A DNA stretch of 51,571 bases from Nitrospirota bacterium (GCA_023248395.1 JAHFEQ010000003.1:1-51571); one strand, 5' to 3'; shown: positions 8,486 to 18,414, counted from the first letter of the stretch. Program-made: numbers and translations. Notes: generated by a model from the letters alone, not told the origin.

Positions 8486-11311
8486 CTAATGTTCCTCCAC
8501 TACGATCATCTGATCTGGTTTTACATTCTTCAGTTGTATAATTTTACCCGATGGGAATTTCACCTCTACATCGAGAGGACCGCTATAACTATCCAGACCG
8601 AATTCTACGGGGAGTGAGTGCTGGGAGCCACTCCCCTTGCCTCCCTGGACTTCGCGGATCTGTCGTGATCGCAGGCTAAAGCCTGCGGCTACTTCTGACT
8701 TCCTACTTCTAACTTCTGACGGTGTATCTGCTGCTTGCTCACTGATACCTCCTACCTCCTCTCTGGATTCACTCTGTGCAATCATAACCCTGGCCCCTAT
8801 ACCTGAACGATTTGACTCTCTCCCTACTACGCGCACTTGCAGCCAGTGGTTGCTATTCCCGTCATTTCTGAAAAGCCTGACACCATCACTACTGGCTACA
8901 AGGAGATCCAGGTCTCCATCATTGTCATAATCAGCAAAGGCATTTCCCCATCCATTATCTACTCGCACACCGGCAAGCCATGTGACATCCGCAAATGTGC
9001 CGTCACCATTTCCCCTGTAGAGGAAACTCTTTTTCCCCCTGTACGTGGATGTAAAATAGAGGTCCAATATTCCGTCATTATCATAATCAGCAAGAGATGG
9101 ATCAGCTGAGGTTTCTTCAAATCTTATGCCGGAGTCAGCAAATCTGTTGATGAATCTGAAGTCACCTGTGCTATCCCTCACCTCTTTCCTCTCCCCCGAG
9201 GAGAAAGGGGGTGGCCCCTGATTCTCGAGGAGCATGCTTTTATCAGAGAATCCTAGATACCGTGGGTGGGCAAGATTCGAGACAAAGAGATCTAAGTAGC
9301 CATCGTTATTAAAGTCCCCCCACTCTGCGCCAATAGAATGACCATAGGCCCCTTCTTCCTCACTCCCCTCTACACCAACCTCTGCAGCGACATTTGTAAA
9401 CGTCCCATCCCCATTATTCCGCCACAAAAAATTGGGGTCCAGTCGATAGTTTGCCACATAGATGTCGGTGTCGCCGTCATTGTCAAAATCTCCCCAATTT
9501 ACCCCTCTTCCGCACATATTTTCTGGGGAGATTATCCCTGTAGCAGTGCTTACATCTGTAAACGTCCCATTACCATTATTATGAAGGAGTCGGTCTGGCA
9601 GACATCTTGCTCTGTCTACCGTCTCTAACAAAGGCTTTTCATAATTGGCTATGTATAGATCTATGAAACCATCTTTATCGTAATCCCCCCATGCAGCGGC
9701 CTCTGTAGGATAGTTGTCTGGAGTCTCCACTGCAGTCATCGTAATATCCGTAAATGTCCCATCCTTATTGTTCCTCCAGAATCGGTCAGTCGTTTCTTTA
9801 CCGGATGCAAAGGTATAAAAGTCAATATAACCATCATTGTCAAAATCCCCCCACACCCCTCCATTTGCACCTGGAATGGGAGAAATCCCGGCCTCTGTTG
9901 TAACATCCATAAATGTCCCATCACCATTATTCTTAAAGAGAATAGCCCCGTTGAAAAGTATGTCCTCATACCCATCATTATTATAGTCTCCCCATGCCAG
10001 CCGGTTGACTTTTACGGCTGACAAGCCTGCCGCTTCTGTAACATCAGTAAAGGTAGTGACACCCTCCCTCCGGGCAAAGGATTTGTATAATGGTTCAAAT
10101 CCCATTTCAGTAGTCCCCCTAAATCCCCTTTTAGTGAAGGGGGATTTAGGGGGACTACTGGACGATACTATCTTTTGGAGTCTCTCCTCTGCCTCTTTAT
10201 TCTCCCCTGATTTAAGGGCCTGTACATAGGAGTGGATCGCACCCTCTGTATCACCCTTCTCTTCCAGCAGTAGGCCGAGGTGATAGTATAGATTCTGGTC
10301 AAAGTCAAGATATTGGGTGGCCTTCCTGTACGCCTTTTCTGCCTTTTTGTACTTCCCAAGTTTATAGTATGCCCAGCCGAGTGTGTCATAGTAAGTCCCT
10401 TTGCTCTTCCTGAGGTCTTTACGCCACTCGGATTCAGGATAGTGATCAGGCTTATCTGCCGGGTCGGGATCTTCTATAAGTTCTAAAGCCTTTTTGATGT
10501 ATAAGACGGCCCTGTCTAAGGCGATGTCCTCCTCTGTATACCAGTGGCCAACAGAAAAATTGGCCCTCCGGTTATCAGGTTCACCTTCAATCCACTTCTC
10601 GCCATATTCAAAAAGTTTCTCCTTATCTTTCAGATCCTTTGCAGCTATGCTTAGTCTGATTGAATTGACCATATATAATTCTTTACTGAAGGGAAATAGC
10701 TTCTGAAACTTTTCTATCATACTGAGACGTTTTTCTACATCCCTTTCTCTCAGGATCTCCTCAAAGGTAGCCGTGGCAAGCCCTGCGCGGTGTTCCTCAT
10801 CCGGGCCTGATGTCAGTATCTCTTCAGCGACTTTGGACGCCTGGTCATATTCATGTAAGAAACCAAGCCCCTGGTAGGCGGCAATAAGCCTTTCAGGGTT
10901 TTTGTCCTCTAAGGAGGGGGAGATAAAGTCCTCTATCTCTTTTTTTACTTCTTTCTTCGCCTCTTCTGTATATCCAGATTCCTCAAGCCTCACCTTCCAC
11001 AGGCTTGAATAGGCACTATAGGCATCCCTGTCATACTTCAATGCCTCGTGGTACGCAAAAGTGGCCTCCGCATAATTGTCAATGGTAAAGTAGATGTTAC
11101 CGAGGGCAATCCACGCCTTTGCGTTTTCCGGGTTATCCTTAAGGGACTTTATCAGGGTAGCCTCTGCCTTCCCATATTGCCGTTTATTGGCATATAATTC
11201 CCCTTCCTTTAAGGCGATACTTGATTGATAGGATTTTAAGATAGAGGCACAACCTGAGAAGTTAACAGAGATAAACAGGATCAGAGGGATTAGGAGAAGT
11301 TTTTTGACCAT
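8486..11311 (-). CDS. Predicted lipoprotein: TPR region + FG-GAP/VCBS repeats + ASPIC/UnbV domain (CRTAC1-like)
   Basis: Signal peptide with lipobox FSGC; TPR motifs (YYDTLGWAYYKLG); repeated WGDYNNDG/WGDFDNDG; C-terminal SNRSGIGARV...VEFGL. Confidence 0.88.
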   Translation of the reverse strand: MVKKLLLIPLILFISVNFSGCASILKSYQSSIALKEGELYANKRQYGKAEATLIKSLKDNPENAKAWIALGNIYFTIDNYAEATFAYHEALKYDRDAYSAYSSLWKVRLEESGYTEEAKKEVKKEIEDFISPSLEDKNPERLIAAYQGLGFLHEYDQASKVAEEILTSGPDEEHRAGLATATFEEILRERDVEKRLSMIEKFQKLFPFSKELYMVNSIRLSIAAKDLKDKEKLFEYGEKWIEGEPDNRRANFSVGHWYTEEDIALDRAVLYIKKALELIEDPDPADKPDHYPESEWRKDLRKSKGTYYDTLGWAYYKLGKYKKAEKAYRKATQYLDFDQNLYYHLGLLLEEKGDTEGAIHSYVQALKSGENKEAEERLQKIVSSSSPPKSPFTKRGFRGTTEMGFEPLYKSFARREGVTTFTDVTEAAGLSAVKVNRLAWGDYNNDGYEDILFNGAILFKNNGDGTFMDVTTEAGISPIPGANGGVWGDFDNDGYIDFYTFASGKETTDRFWRNNKDGTFTDITMTAVETPDNYPTEAAAWGDYDKDGFIDLYIANYEKPLLETVDRARCLPDRLLHNNGNGTFTDVSTATGIISPENMCGRGVNWGDFDNDGDTDIYVANYRLDPNFLWRNNGDGTFTNVAAEVGVEGSEEEGAYGHSIGAEWGDFNNDGYLDLFVSNLAHPRYLGFSDKSMLLENQGPPPFSSGERKEVRDSTGDFRFINRFADSGIRFEETSADPSLADYDNDGILDLYFTSTYRGKKSFLYRGNGDGTFADVTWLAGVRVDNGWGNAFADYDNDGDLDLLVASSDGVRLFRNDGNSNHWLQVRVVGRESNRSGIGARVMIAQSESREEVGGISEQAADTPSEVRSRKSEVAAGFSLRSRQIREVQGGKGSGSQHSLPVEFGLDSYSGPLDVEVKFPSGKIIQLKNVKPDQMIVVEEH
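8670..8770 (-). repeat. In-frame composite repeat: GTAG-type REP + heptamer array + CAGTGAGCAAGCAG module
   Basis: Minus strand reads CAGTGAGCAAGCAGCAG..GTCAGAA GTTAGAA GTAGGAA GTCAGAA GTAGCCGCAGGCTTTAGCCTGCG. Confidence 0.85.
9175..9210 (-). repeat. In-frame degenerate boxC-like element
   Basis: Minus strand CCCCTTTCTCCTCGGGGGAGAGGAAAGAGGTGAGGG; peptide PFSSGERKEVR parallels PLPKGERDGVR in rtcA. Confidence 0.7.
10108..10160. repeat. In-frame 53-bp palindrome (21-bp perfect inverted repeat)
   Basis: CAGTAGTCCCCCTAAATCCCC (10108-10128) / GGGGATTTAGGGGGACTACTG (10140-10160), at the TPR/FG-GAP junction. Confidence 0.92.
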
Positions 11312-12768
11312 TCTTTAGAGTAAAGGCATGTCAGTCTCCAACGATCATATAATGTTCTAACCTCTGTCTCGTTTCGTTTAGGAGTAGATGCCTTTTTGCT
11401 ATTGATGAGTTTTTCAATGGATGAGAGTCCGTTCCATATCTTCAAGCTGAGACCTGCCAGGAAGGCAACACCCCTGGAGGTGGAATCATCCTCTCTGGTC
11501 TTATATAAGGGGATATGAAGAAGGTCTGACTGGAACTGCAGCAGATAGGGTATATCTGACAATGCACCACTTGCGACTATCTTTTTAGTCTGTATACGGC
11601 CATCCTTCTCCAGCACGCTAAAGTTATCCTTTATCAGAAAGGCGATCGATTCCACGGCTGAACGGATAATATCTTCCCGCGTCGAGGTGGATTTTAGCCC
11701 GAAGATACATGCCGTTGTATTTGCATTCCAATGGGGCGACCCTATGCCCGCTATGGAAGGAAGCATGAAGAGTCTCCCTTCTGATCGTCTGCATATCTCT
11801 TCTATGTTATCCTTGTCGCTGATAAGACCCAGATTGTTTTTCATCCACTCAAATATTGAACCTACGGCATTCATCGTACCTTCAAGAAGATATGCCGTAT
11901 TTCCATTAGATGACCAGGCCACTGTCGTTAAAAGCCCTGGCAGCATAAATATCTTCTTCCCTGTGTTGACCAGTATAAACCCATCTGTGCCGTAATTGAT
12001 ATTAACCTCTCCTTCCTGAAGACATCCATTTCCTGCAAGAGATGCCTGATGTTCCACGATGCTCGCATGTATGGGTATTGTCTGGCCATCTATTATGGCA
12101 TCCCCAAAATAGTATGAGGTGGGGAATATGGGCGGGAGTATATTGGATGGTATGGCAAATACTTCAAGCAATTCTTTATCCCATGACTTGGTAAATATGT
12201 TAAATAAGAGGGTCTGTGCAGCGTTCGTATGGTCTGTAGCGTATATGGATCCCTTTGTTAAATGCCACATGAGATAGGTATTGACAGTACTACACAACAT
12301 ATTTCCCTTTTCCATGACTTTTCGTGCCGGCTTTACATTCTCTAATAACCATTTTATCTTGGAAGCAGAGTAGTGCTGAGATAACGGAAGCCCTGTGCGT
12401 TCACGGACATTTTCTCTGTGGCCTGTTTTCTCATTGCAGATATCTGTCCCCCGTGAGTCCTGATGGCTTATTGCATTATAGAGAGCCCGACCCGTAGATT
12501 TATCCCAAATGACGGTGGTAGAGGGTTGATTTGTGATACCCATCGCGCCGATTTGTTTCCTCTTAGTGCCTATCTTTCTGAATAACGCCCGTATGGCATT
12601 AAGCTGGCTTTTCAGGATGTCATCAGGTTTGTATTCTACCCAGCCTGTTTTGAGGTGAATGGGTTTAACCGGGTATGCTGACTGAGCGATAATCTTCCCC
12701 TTATTGTCAACAAGGGCTGCCTTGGATTCTGTAGCGCCCTGATCCAGGGCAAGTATGTACTGTCCCAT
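11290..12768 (-). CDS. FGGY-family carbohydrate kinase, glycerol-kinase-like but with a divergent active site
   Basis: Overall GlpK fold motifs (YILALDQG, GWVE, SASKIKWLL, TDHTNA, GLLTTVAW, YLLEG, LLQFQSDLL); substrate and catalytic motifs substituted. Confidence 0.85.
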   Translation of the reverse strand: MGQYILALDQGATESKAALVDNKGKIIAQSAYPVKPIHLKTGWVEYKPDDILKSQLNAIRALFRKIGTKRKQIGAMGITNQPSTTVIWDKSTGRALYNAISHQDSRGTDICNEKTGHRENVRERTGLPLSQHYSASKIKWLLENVKPARKVMEKGNMLCSTVNTYLMWHLTKGSIYATDHTNAAQTLLFNIFTKSWDKELLEVFAIPSNILPPIFPTSYYFGDAIIDGQTIPIHASIVEHQASLAGNGCLQEGEVNINYGTDGFILVNTGKKIFMLPGLLTTVAWSSNGNTAYLLEGTMNAVGSIFEWMKNNLGLISDKDNIEEICRRSEGRLFMLPSIAGIGSPHWNANTTACIFGLKSTSTREDIIRSAVESIAFLIKDNFSVLEKDGRIQTKKIVASGALSDIPYLLQFQSDLLHIPLYKTREDDSTSRGVAFLAGLSLKIWNGLSSIEKLINSKKASTPKRNETEVRTLYDRWRLTCLYSKEWSKNFS

Positions 12769-12798
12769 CTGCCTAAAATTCCTGTTAATTTTTGGGCT

Positions 12799-12827
12799 AT
12801 CTTAGCAACTTGGGTGTGCAAAGTCAA
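12799..12827 (-). promoter_or_regulatory. Putative sigma70 promoter for the kinase-TPR/FG-GAP pair
   Basis: TTGACT-17 nt-TAAGAT with TG extension on the minus strand. Confidence 0.6.
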
Positions 12828-12904
12828 CCTGGTTGTTTTTCTATAATAATTTGACAAAACAGGTCAGCTTTGATAGGTATGTGACGGTAATAAAAGGTGG
12901 GGCA

Positions 12905-14434
12905 TTGACTTATATAGATAAACAAGGTGCTGCTGTACAGCCGAAGTTATCTCCACGGGAGGAGAGGTTTGAATGGTGGAGGCAGACTATTGGCCTTTTT
13001 TTAGGCCCGTTGATCTTTTTAGGACTCTATCTGATGCCCACCCCTTCCTTATCTAAAGAGGCCCATCTATTGGCCGCTATACTCGGCATTGTCATTACCT
13101 TTTGGATATCCGAGGCTATCCCAATTCCTGTTACCGCACTCCTGGGCGCCGGGCTGTGTGTGATCTTAGGGGTAGCCCCTGCAAAGACAGTCCTTGCCCC
13201 CTTTGCGGATCCAATTGTGTTTCTCTTTATCGGGAGTTTTATCATTGCCAGGGCGATGAGCCTCCATAAGTTAGACCGTAGATTTGCCTTGTACATCTTT
13301 TCTATCAAGGGGATAGGCAATAATCCTTCAAGGCTTTTGTTAGCATGCGGTGGGATCGTATCGCTTATTTCCATGTGGATCAGTAATACGGCTGCGACAG
13401 CCATTATGTTACCTATATGCATTGGGATGCTCAAGGCCATGGATAGGTGGTTGCCTGGTGTCAGTTCACGGTACAAGACAGGTCTCATGCTGATGATAGC
13501 CTATGGTGCCTCCGTAGGTGGGATCGCTACCCCTGTTGGCTCCCCCCCGAATCTTATAGCAATAGGGATGATAGACTCTCTCGCCCACCGCCGGATCACC
13601 TTTTTCCAGTGGATGGCCCTTGGTGTCCCACTCCTAATTATAATGTTTATTACCCTGTCTGTCGTATTAAGATTTCTACATCCACCCCCTGAGAATGTCT
13701 CCTCCAGTGCCTCTGAGTTGGTAGGCGACCTAAGGGACGAGATTGGGATCTGGAGCAGAGGAGAGATCTATACCTTAATCTCCTTTTGTGCGGCGGTTGT
13801 GTTATGGATACTTCCGGGGATAATTGCTACCCTCCTTGGGGCAGAATCTGAAGTCTATAAGTCGGTAAGAGGTATATTAGATGAGGGAATAGTGGCCCTT
13901 ATTGCCGCCTCCTTCCTGTTCATGATCCCAATTAACTGGGATAAAAGGACCTTTGCGCTGACATGGGATCAGGCCGTTAAGATAGACTGGGGGACTATTA
14001 TGCTGTTTGGCAGTGGGTTGAGCCTTGGAAAGCTGATGTTTGATATAGGCGTTGCTAAGGTCATAGGGACTAAACTCATGGAGTTGGGCGGGGTGGAGGG
14101 GCTCTGGAGTATTACTGCCATGGCTATCATTATCGGGATACTGGTCAGTGAGACCACCTCCAATACGGCCTCTGCAAGCATGGTCATTCCGGTGATGATC
14201 GCGATATCCCAGGCTGCAGGGGTCTCTCCCATACCTCCTGCATTAGGGGGCTGCTTAGGTGCAAGTTTTGGTTTCATGTTGCCTGTATCCACGCCCCCAA
14301 ATGCAATCGTATACGGCTCAGGGATGGTCCCTATCCTCTCCATGGTCAGGGCAGGGATTTTGTTTGACCTCCTCGGATTCATTATGATATGGTTGGGGCT
14401 ACGGATTTTGTGTCCTCTGATAGGACTTGTATAG
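12905..14434 (+). CDS. DASS/SLC13 family sodium-coupled anion symporter
   Basis: SMWISNTA, GGIATPVGSPPN, SETTSNTAS and FMLPVSTPPNAIVY motifs; start uncertain (GTG 12881 or TTG 12905). Confidence 0.92.
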   Translation: MTYIDKQGAAVQPKLSPREERFEWWRQTIGLFLGPLIFLGLYLMPTPSLSKEAHLLAAILGIVITFWISEAIPIPVTALLGAGLCVILGVAPAKTVLAPFADPIVFLFIGSFIIARAMSLHKLDRRFALYIFSIKGIGNNPSRLLLACGGIVSLISMWISNTAATAIMLPICIGMLKAMDRWLPGVSSRYKTGLMLMIAYGASVGGIATPVGSPPNLIAIGMIDSLAHRRITFFQWMALGVPLLIIMFITLSVVLRFLHPPPENVSSSASELVGDLRDEIGIWSRGEIYTLISFCAAVVLWILPGIIATLLGAESEVYKSVRGILDEGIVALIAASFLFMIPINWDKRTFALTWDQAVKIDWGTIMLFGSGLSLGKLMFDIGVAKVIGTKLMELGGVEGLWSITAMAIIIGILVSETTSNTASASMVIPVMIAISQAAGVSPIPPALGGCLGASFGFMLPVSTPPNAIVYGSGMVPILSMVRAGILFDLLGFIMIWLGLRILCPLIGLV

Positions 14435-14607
14435 TTGATTTAACCTGCTGATCACGTAGCTGATTCCAGTGCAACACCCTCTTAAAATGCCTGCTTTGGA
14501 ATGAACAGAGAAAATTCATTAAGTATTCAGCTGTATTAGGTCGATAAATCTTAGGGATTAAAATCTAAACCTGACCTGTTGCAGGTCATTTTCTGGGATT
14601 AAACTTT

Positions 14608-17265
14608 ATGATGCAGAGTAGATGGGTAACGCCCTCTTTTATAAAAGGCCTCAAGGGCGCAACTGTGCAAAAGCATTGTAAGTTGTTGCTGGCAATAGGT
14701 GGAGCCCTGACGGCGTTGTTGATAGCACTGCTGATCGGATCGAAAGTCATTCTCCTCGATAGCTTTCTTGATATCGAGAAAAATGATATGAAGAGAAATG
14801 TGGAGAGGGTGATGAATGCCCTTCAGGGGGAACTCTCTCAATTGAGTACCTCAAACAGTGATTATGCAGGTTGGGATGATAGCTACCAATTCATTCAGGA
14901 TGGTAATAAGGAGTACATAGAAAAGAATATCCCGGATACAGTATTTTCCACTTTGCGTATTAACCTGCTGATGTATGTGACAAATGACGGTAGAATTGTC
15001 TATGCAAGAAGTTTTGACCGGCAGGAAGGTAAAGCAATTGAACTTCCCGAGGGTCTGCTCAAGCACATCTCAGCAAAAAGTCTATTAGTGCAGCACCCTG
15101 ATACCCAAAGTACTGTAAACGGCATCTTATCACTGCCAGAGCGACTGTTTTTGATCTCCTCCAAGCCTATTTTAACAAATGAATTTAAGGGTCCAATTCA
15201 TGGGGCTTTGATTATGGGGCGGTATCTTGATGATGAAGAGGTCAAGCGGCTTGCCGATACGACAAAACTCTCTCTGACCATTTATCGATCTGATAAACAA
15301 GAGATGCCAGATGAGTTAATGATGGCCCGGGATGTGGTTTCGGAGTCTCAGCCTGTCTGGATTCATCCCCTGAACAAAAAGACTGTTGCTGCATATACTT
15401 TGGTAAAAGACATTTATGGAAAAGGGGTACTCATTGCTAAGATTGATGTTCCCAGAGACATTTACCTCCAGGGGATAGCAACTATCCAGTACATCATCTT
15501 CTGGTTTCTTACTGTAGGTTTAATATTTTCCGTAATAAGCTATCTGCTCTTTGACAACCTGGTGTTTTTGCGGCGTAAAGAGAAGGAATCGGAAGATCGC
15601 TATCGTTCTGTAGTAAAACAGGCCTCGGAAGGTATACTGATAGTTTCAGTTGATAATAAAAGGATCATAGAGGGTAATACGGCATTTCATGGGCTGATAG
15701 GTTATACTCCTGAGGAAGCGGCTCAGATGACCCTGTACGACATCGTTCTGGAAGAACGGGATAAGGTGGACTCTGAGGCCGAACGTATCCTGGAAGAGAA
15801 AAGGGAGATGCGGCTGCGCCATAAGGATGGTTCTTTTGTTGACGTGGAACTGAGCGCAAATCAAATCCCCTACAAAGACCAGGAGGTTATGTGTCTTGTG
15901 GTGCATGACATCACCGAACGTAAACGTTTTGTAGAACAGTTGATGCACCAGGCAAATCATGATTCTCTCACCGGCCTGGCCAACCGGAACCTCCTTAAAG
16001 ACCGTCTGAATCAGGCCATTGCCTATCAAAAGCGAAAGAATCAGATTATTGCCGTGATGCTCCTCGACCTGGACGATTTTAAGATTGTCAATGATACCCT
16101 TGGACATCAGGCCGGTGACCTCCTCTTAAAAGATGTTGCCCAAAGGTTGCAAGGGTCAGTCAGGAGTTATGACACCGTGGCCCGCCTCGGTGGAGATGAG
16201 TTTGTTATTATTATTACAGATGTGACCAATACCCAGGATATTATTACCATTACCAAGAATATTCTTAATCTTTTCAGTACATCCTTTAAGTTGAATGAAC
16301 AGGAGATCTTTATCACCACAAGTATTGGGATCTCTCTGTATCCGTTGGATGGCGATAACATAGAATACCTGCTCATGAAGGCAGATACTGCCCTGTATCA
16401 TAGTAAGGGACAGGGGAGAAACAACTATCATTTCTTTGCCGGAGAGATGAACAAAAAGGTCAGCGACCGGCTTGTCATGGAAACACGACTCCGTAAGGCG
16501 ATAGAGGGGGGAGAACTCCTCCTCCATTACCAGCCCAAGGTGGAATTAACGGATGGAAGGATTTGCGGGATGGAGGCACTGATCCGATGGCAGCATCCGG
16601 AATCTGGTATCATTTCGCCAGCAGAATTTATTCCGCTTGCCGAGGAAACTGGCATGATTATCCCTATCGGGGAATTCGCCCTCCGTACTGCCTGCAGGCA
16701 GACCAAACAATGGCACGACATGGGTTACCCTTCGCTAAGAATATCGGTAAACCTCTCTGCCCGGCAGTTTGCCCAGGATAACTTAGTAGACACAGTGAAG
16801 GATATATTGCAGGAGACGGGCTTCGACCCCAATTACCTTGATTTGGAACTCACCGAGAGTATTCTGATACAAAATGAGGAGAAGATTATCAGAAAGCTCA
16901 ACGCCTTAAGAGAAATGGGGATCACACTTTCTCTGGACGATTTTGGGACAGGCTATTCATCTTTGAGTTATCTCAAAAAATTCCCTATAGGCGAGGTGAA
17001 GATCGACAGATCTTTTGTGAGGGATATTAACAACAATCCTGACGATGCCGCACTCGTCGAGGCGATCCTGTCGATGACACGCAGTCTGAAACTGAAGACT
17101 GTGGCAGAAGGGGTAGAGACTTTGGATCAGTTAAACTTCCTGATCGAACACAATTGCGGTGCAATTCAGGGGTTCTACTTCAGTCGTCCTCTGCCCGCTG
17201 AATCATTTACAGAACTTCTCAGTTCAAAAAAACAGCTTGACATGGATTACAGCAGAACCCCGTAG
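14608..17265 (+). CDS. Membrane CHASE4-PAS-GGDEF-EAL diguanylate cyclase/phosphodiesterase
   Basis: Two TM segments around DYAGWDDSY (CHASE4); PAS ending HDITERK; RLGGDEF; EALIRW; DDFGTGYSSL. Confidence 0.93.
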   Translation: MMQSRWVTPSFIKGLKGATVQKHCKLLLAIGGALTALLIALLIGSKVILLDSFLDIEKNDMKRNVERVMNALQGELSQLSTSNSDYAGWDDSYQFIQDGNKEYIEKNIPDTVFSTLRINLLMYVTNDGRIVYARSFDRQEGKAIELPEGLLKHISAKSLLVQHPDTQSTVNGILSLPERLFLISSKPILTNEFKGPIHGALIMGRYLDDEEVKRLADTTKLSLTIYRSDKQEMPDELMMARDVVSESQPVWIHPLNKKTVAAYTLVKDIYGKGVLIAKIDVPRDIYLQGIATIQYIIFWFLTVGLIFSVISYLLFDNLVFLRRKEKESEDRYRSVVKQASEGILIVSVDNKRIIEGNTAFHGLIGYTPEEAAQMTLYDIVLEERDKVDSEAERILEEKREMRLRHKDGSFVDVELSANQIPYKDQEVMCLVVHDITERKRFVEQLMHQANHDSLTGLANRNLLKDRLNQAIAYQKRKNQIIAVMLLDLDDFKIVNDTLGHQAGDLLLKDVAQRLQGSVRSYDTVARLGGDEFVIIITDVTNTQDIITITKNILNLFSTSFKLNEQEIFITTSIGISLYPLDGDNIEYLLMKADTALYHSKGQGRNNYHFFAGEMNKKVSDRLVMETRLRKAIEGGELLLHYQPKVELTDGRICGMEALIRWQHPESGIISPAEFIPLAEETGMIIPIGEFALRTACRQTKQWHDMGYPSLRISVNLSARQFAQDNLVDTVKDILQETGFDPNYLDLELTESILIQNEEKIIRKLNALREMGITLSLDDFGTGYSSLSYLKKFPIGEVKIDRSFVRDINNNPDDAALVEAILSMTRSLKLKTVAEGVETLDQLNFLIEHNCGAIQGFYFSRPLPAESFTELLSSKKQLDMDYSRTP

Positions 17266-17286
17266 ACAACCTCCATCCTCGTCTTT

Positions 17287-17321
17287 TTCTGACTTATGAT
17301 ATCTGACTTCTCACTTCTTTC
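17287..17321 (-). repeat. Degenerate heptamer array downstream of lptG
   Basis: Minus strand GAAAGAA GTGAGAA GTCAGAT ATCATAA GTCAGAA. Confidence 0.55.
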
Positions 17322-17324
17322 TTT

Positions 17325-18410
17325 TTAAAGTTTTGCCGCACGATAAAAGATATATCCACCAACACCCATGAATATTATATTTGCCAGCCAGGCTGAAAGT
17401 AGGGCAGGGATATAGCCGGAATATCCCATATGGAGGGATAGAGAAAAGGAGACCCAGTAGAGCAGACTCACAAGAATACATAATCCCATTCCTGAGGCGA
17501 TCCCCCCGAATCTTTTTATATGCAGGGCCAAAGATACTCCAATAATCGTCATTATAAAACCTGCGAGAGGAAAAGATGTTTTGGCATAGAGATCTACTGC
17601 AAGCCTTTTTACCTCATACCCCTCTCTCCTGATCCTTTTTATGTAGTCTCTGAGTACGCTGAATCTGGTTTCTGAGGCCTGGACAACAGCATGTCTGATA
17701 TCCTTTAGCTCGAAAGGGAAGGGTATGGGGAATTGATCGAAGGTATAGACCTTCATCACCTGGTTGTCACTGTCAAATACCCTCCGGATGCCTGACTGTA
17801 AAAACCATTGTCCATTCACTGATATGGCCTTATCTGCGGATATACTTTCCCTTATCCGGGAGTCAGGCGAGAGAGAGTATACATTGATCCCCCATAAAAT
17901 CTTTTTATCAGGGTCTATAAAGCTGATATTGTAGAACGTATGGCTGTCAGACTTCAGCCAGAGACTATCTGCTTTAAAAAACATCTCTTCCTGTCTGTTT
18001 TCCATCCTTCTTTTTATATTTTCTGCCTTCTTATTTGCGGCTGGCACAACAGAATCGTTTAAAAAAAATATGGAGATAGAGATAAGAAAGGTTACTATTA
18101 ACATCGGTGAAGCAATATTCAGGACGCTTAATCCACCTGAACGCATTGCTGTTACCTCATTATATTTCGTGAATAATCCCAGGTTGAGAAAAGAAGCAAA
18201 TAAGAGGGATAAGGGGACGATGTAGTATATTGCCTGTGGAAGGCGTAACAGGAAGTATTTAGCCGTCGTAACAAGGTCGGCATGGATCTTTGTAAAGTCG
18301 TCTAAATTTTCAAATATATCTACAGCCATATAGACAATGGTAAGACCTGTCAATATCAGCAGGAATATTTTAAAAAATTCCATGATCACATATCTGTTCA
18401 CGATCTTCAT
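17325..18410 (-). CDS. lptG: LPS export ABC transporter permease LptG
   Basis: NEVTAMRSGGLS motif, six-TM layout, PALLSAWLANIIF; follows lptF. Confidence 0.9.
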   Translation of the reverse strand: MKIVNRYVIMEFFKIFLLILTGLTIVYMAVDIFENLDDFTKIHADLVTTAKYFLLRLPQAIYYIVPLSLLFASFLNLGLFTKYNEVTAMRSGGLSVLNIASPMLIVTFLISISIFFLNDSVVPAANKKAENIKRRMENRQEEMFFKADSLWLKSDSHTFYNISFIDPDKKILWGINVYSLSPDSRIRESISADKAISVNGQWFLQSGIRRVFDSDNQVMKVYTFDQFPIPFPFELKDIRHAVVQASETRFSVLRDYIKRIRREGYEVKRLAVDLYAKTSFPLAGFIMTIIGVSLALHIKRFGGIASGMGLCILVSLLYWVSFSLSLHMGYSGYIPALLSAWLANIIFMGVGGYIFYRAAKL

Positions 18411-18414
18411 TCTA

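Noticed and set aside
8850..10020. Recurrent DNA similarity (..CCCATCACCATT..) in the large lipoprotein gene as a possible CRISPR or DNA repeat array
   Set aside because: Explained by protein-level FG-GAP repeats (NNGDGTF); no constant repeat-spacer structure anywhere in the window.
14519..14588. Possible sigma28 promoter (TAAG..GTCGATAA), 7-bp hairpin or c-di-GMP riboswitch upstream of the GGDEF-EAL gene
   Set aside because: Spacing is off consensus, the hairpin is short, and no riboswitch core motifs are seen.
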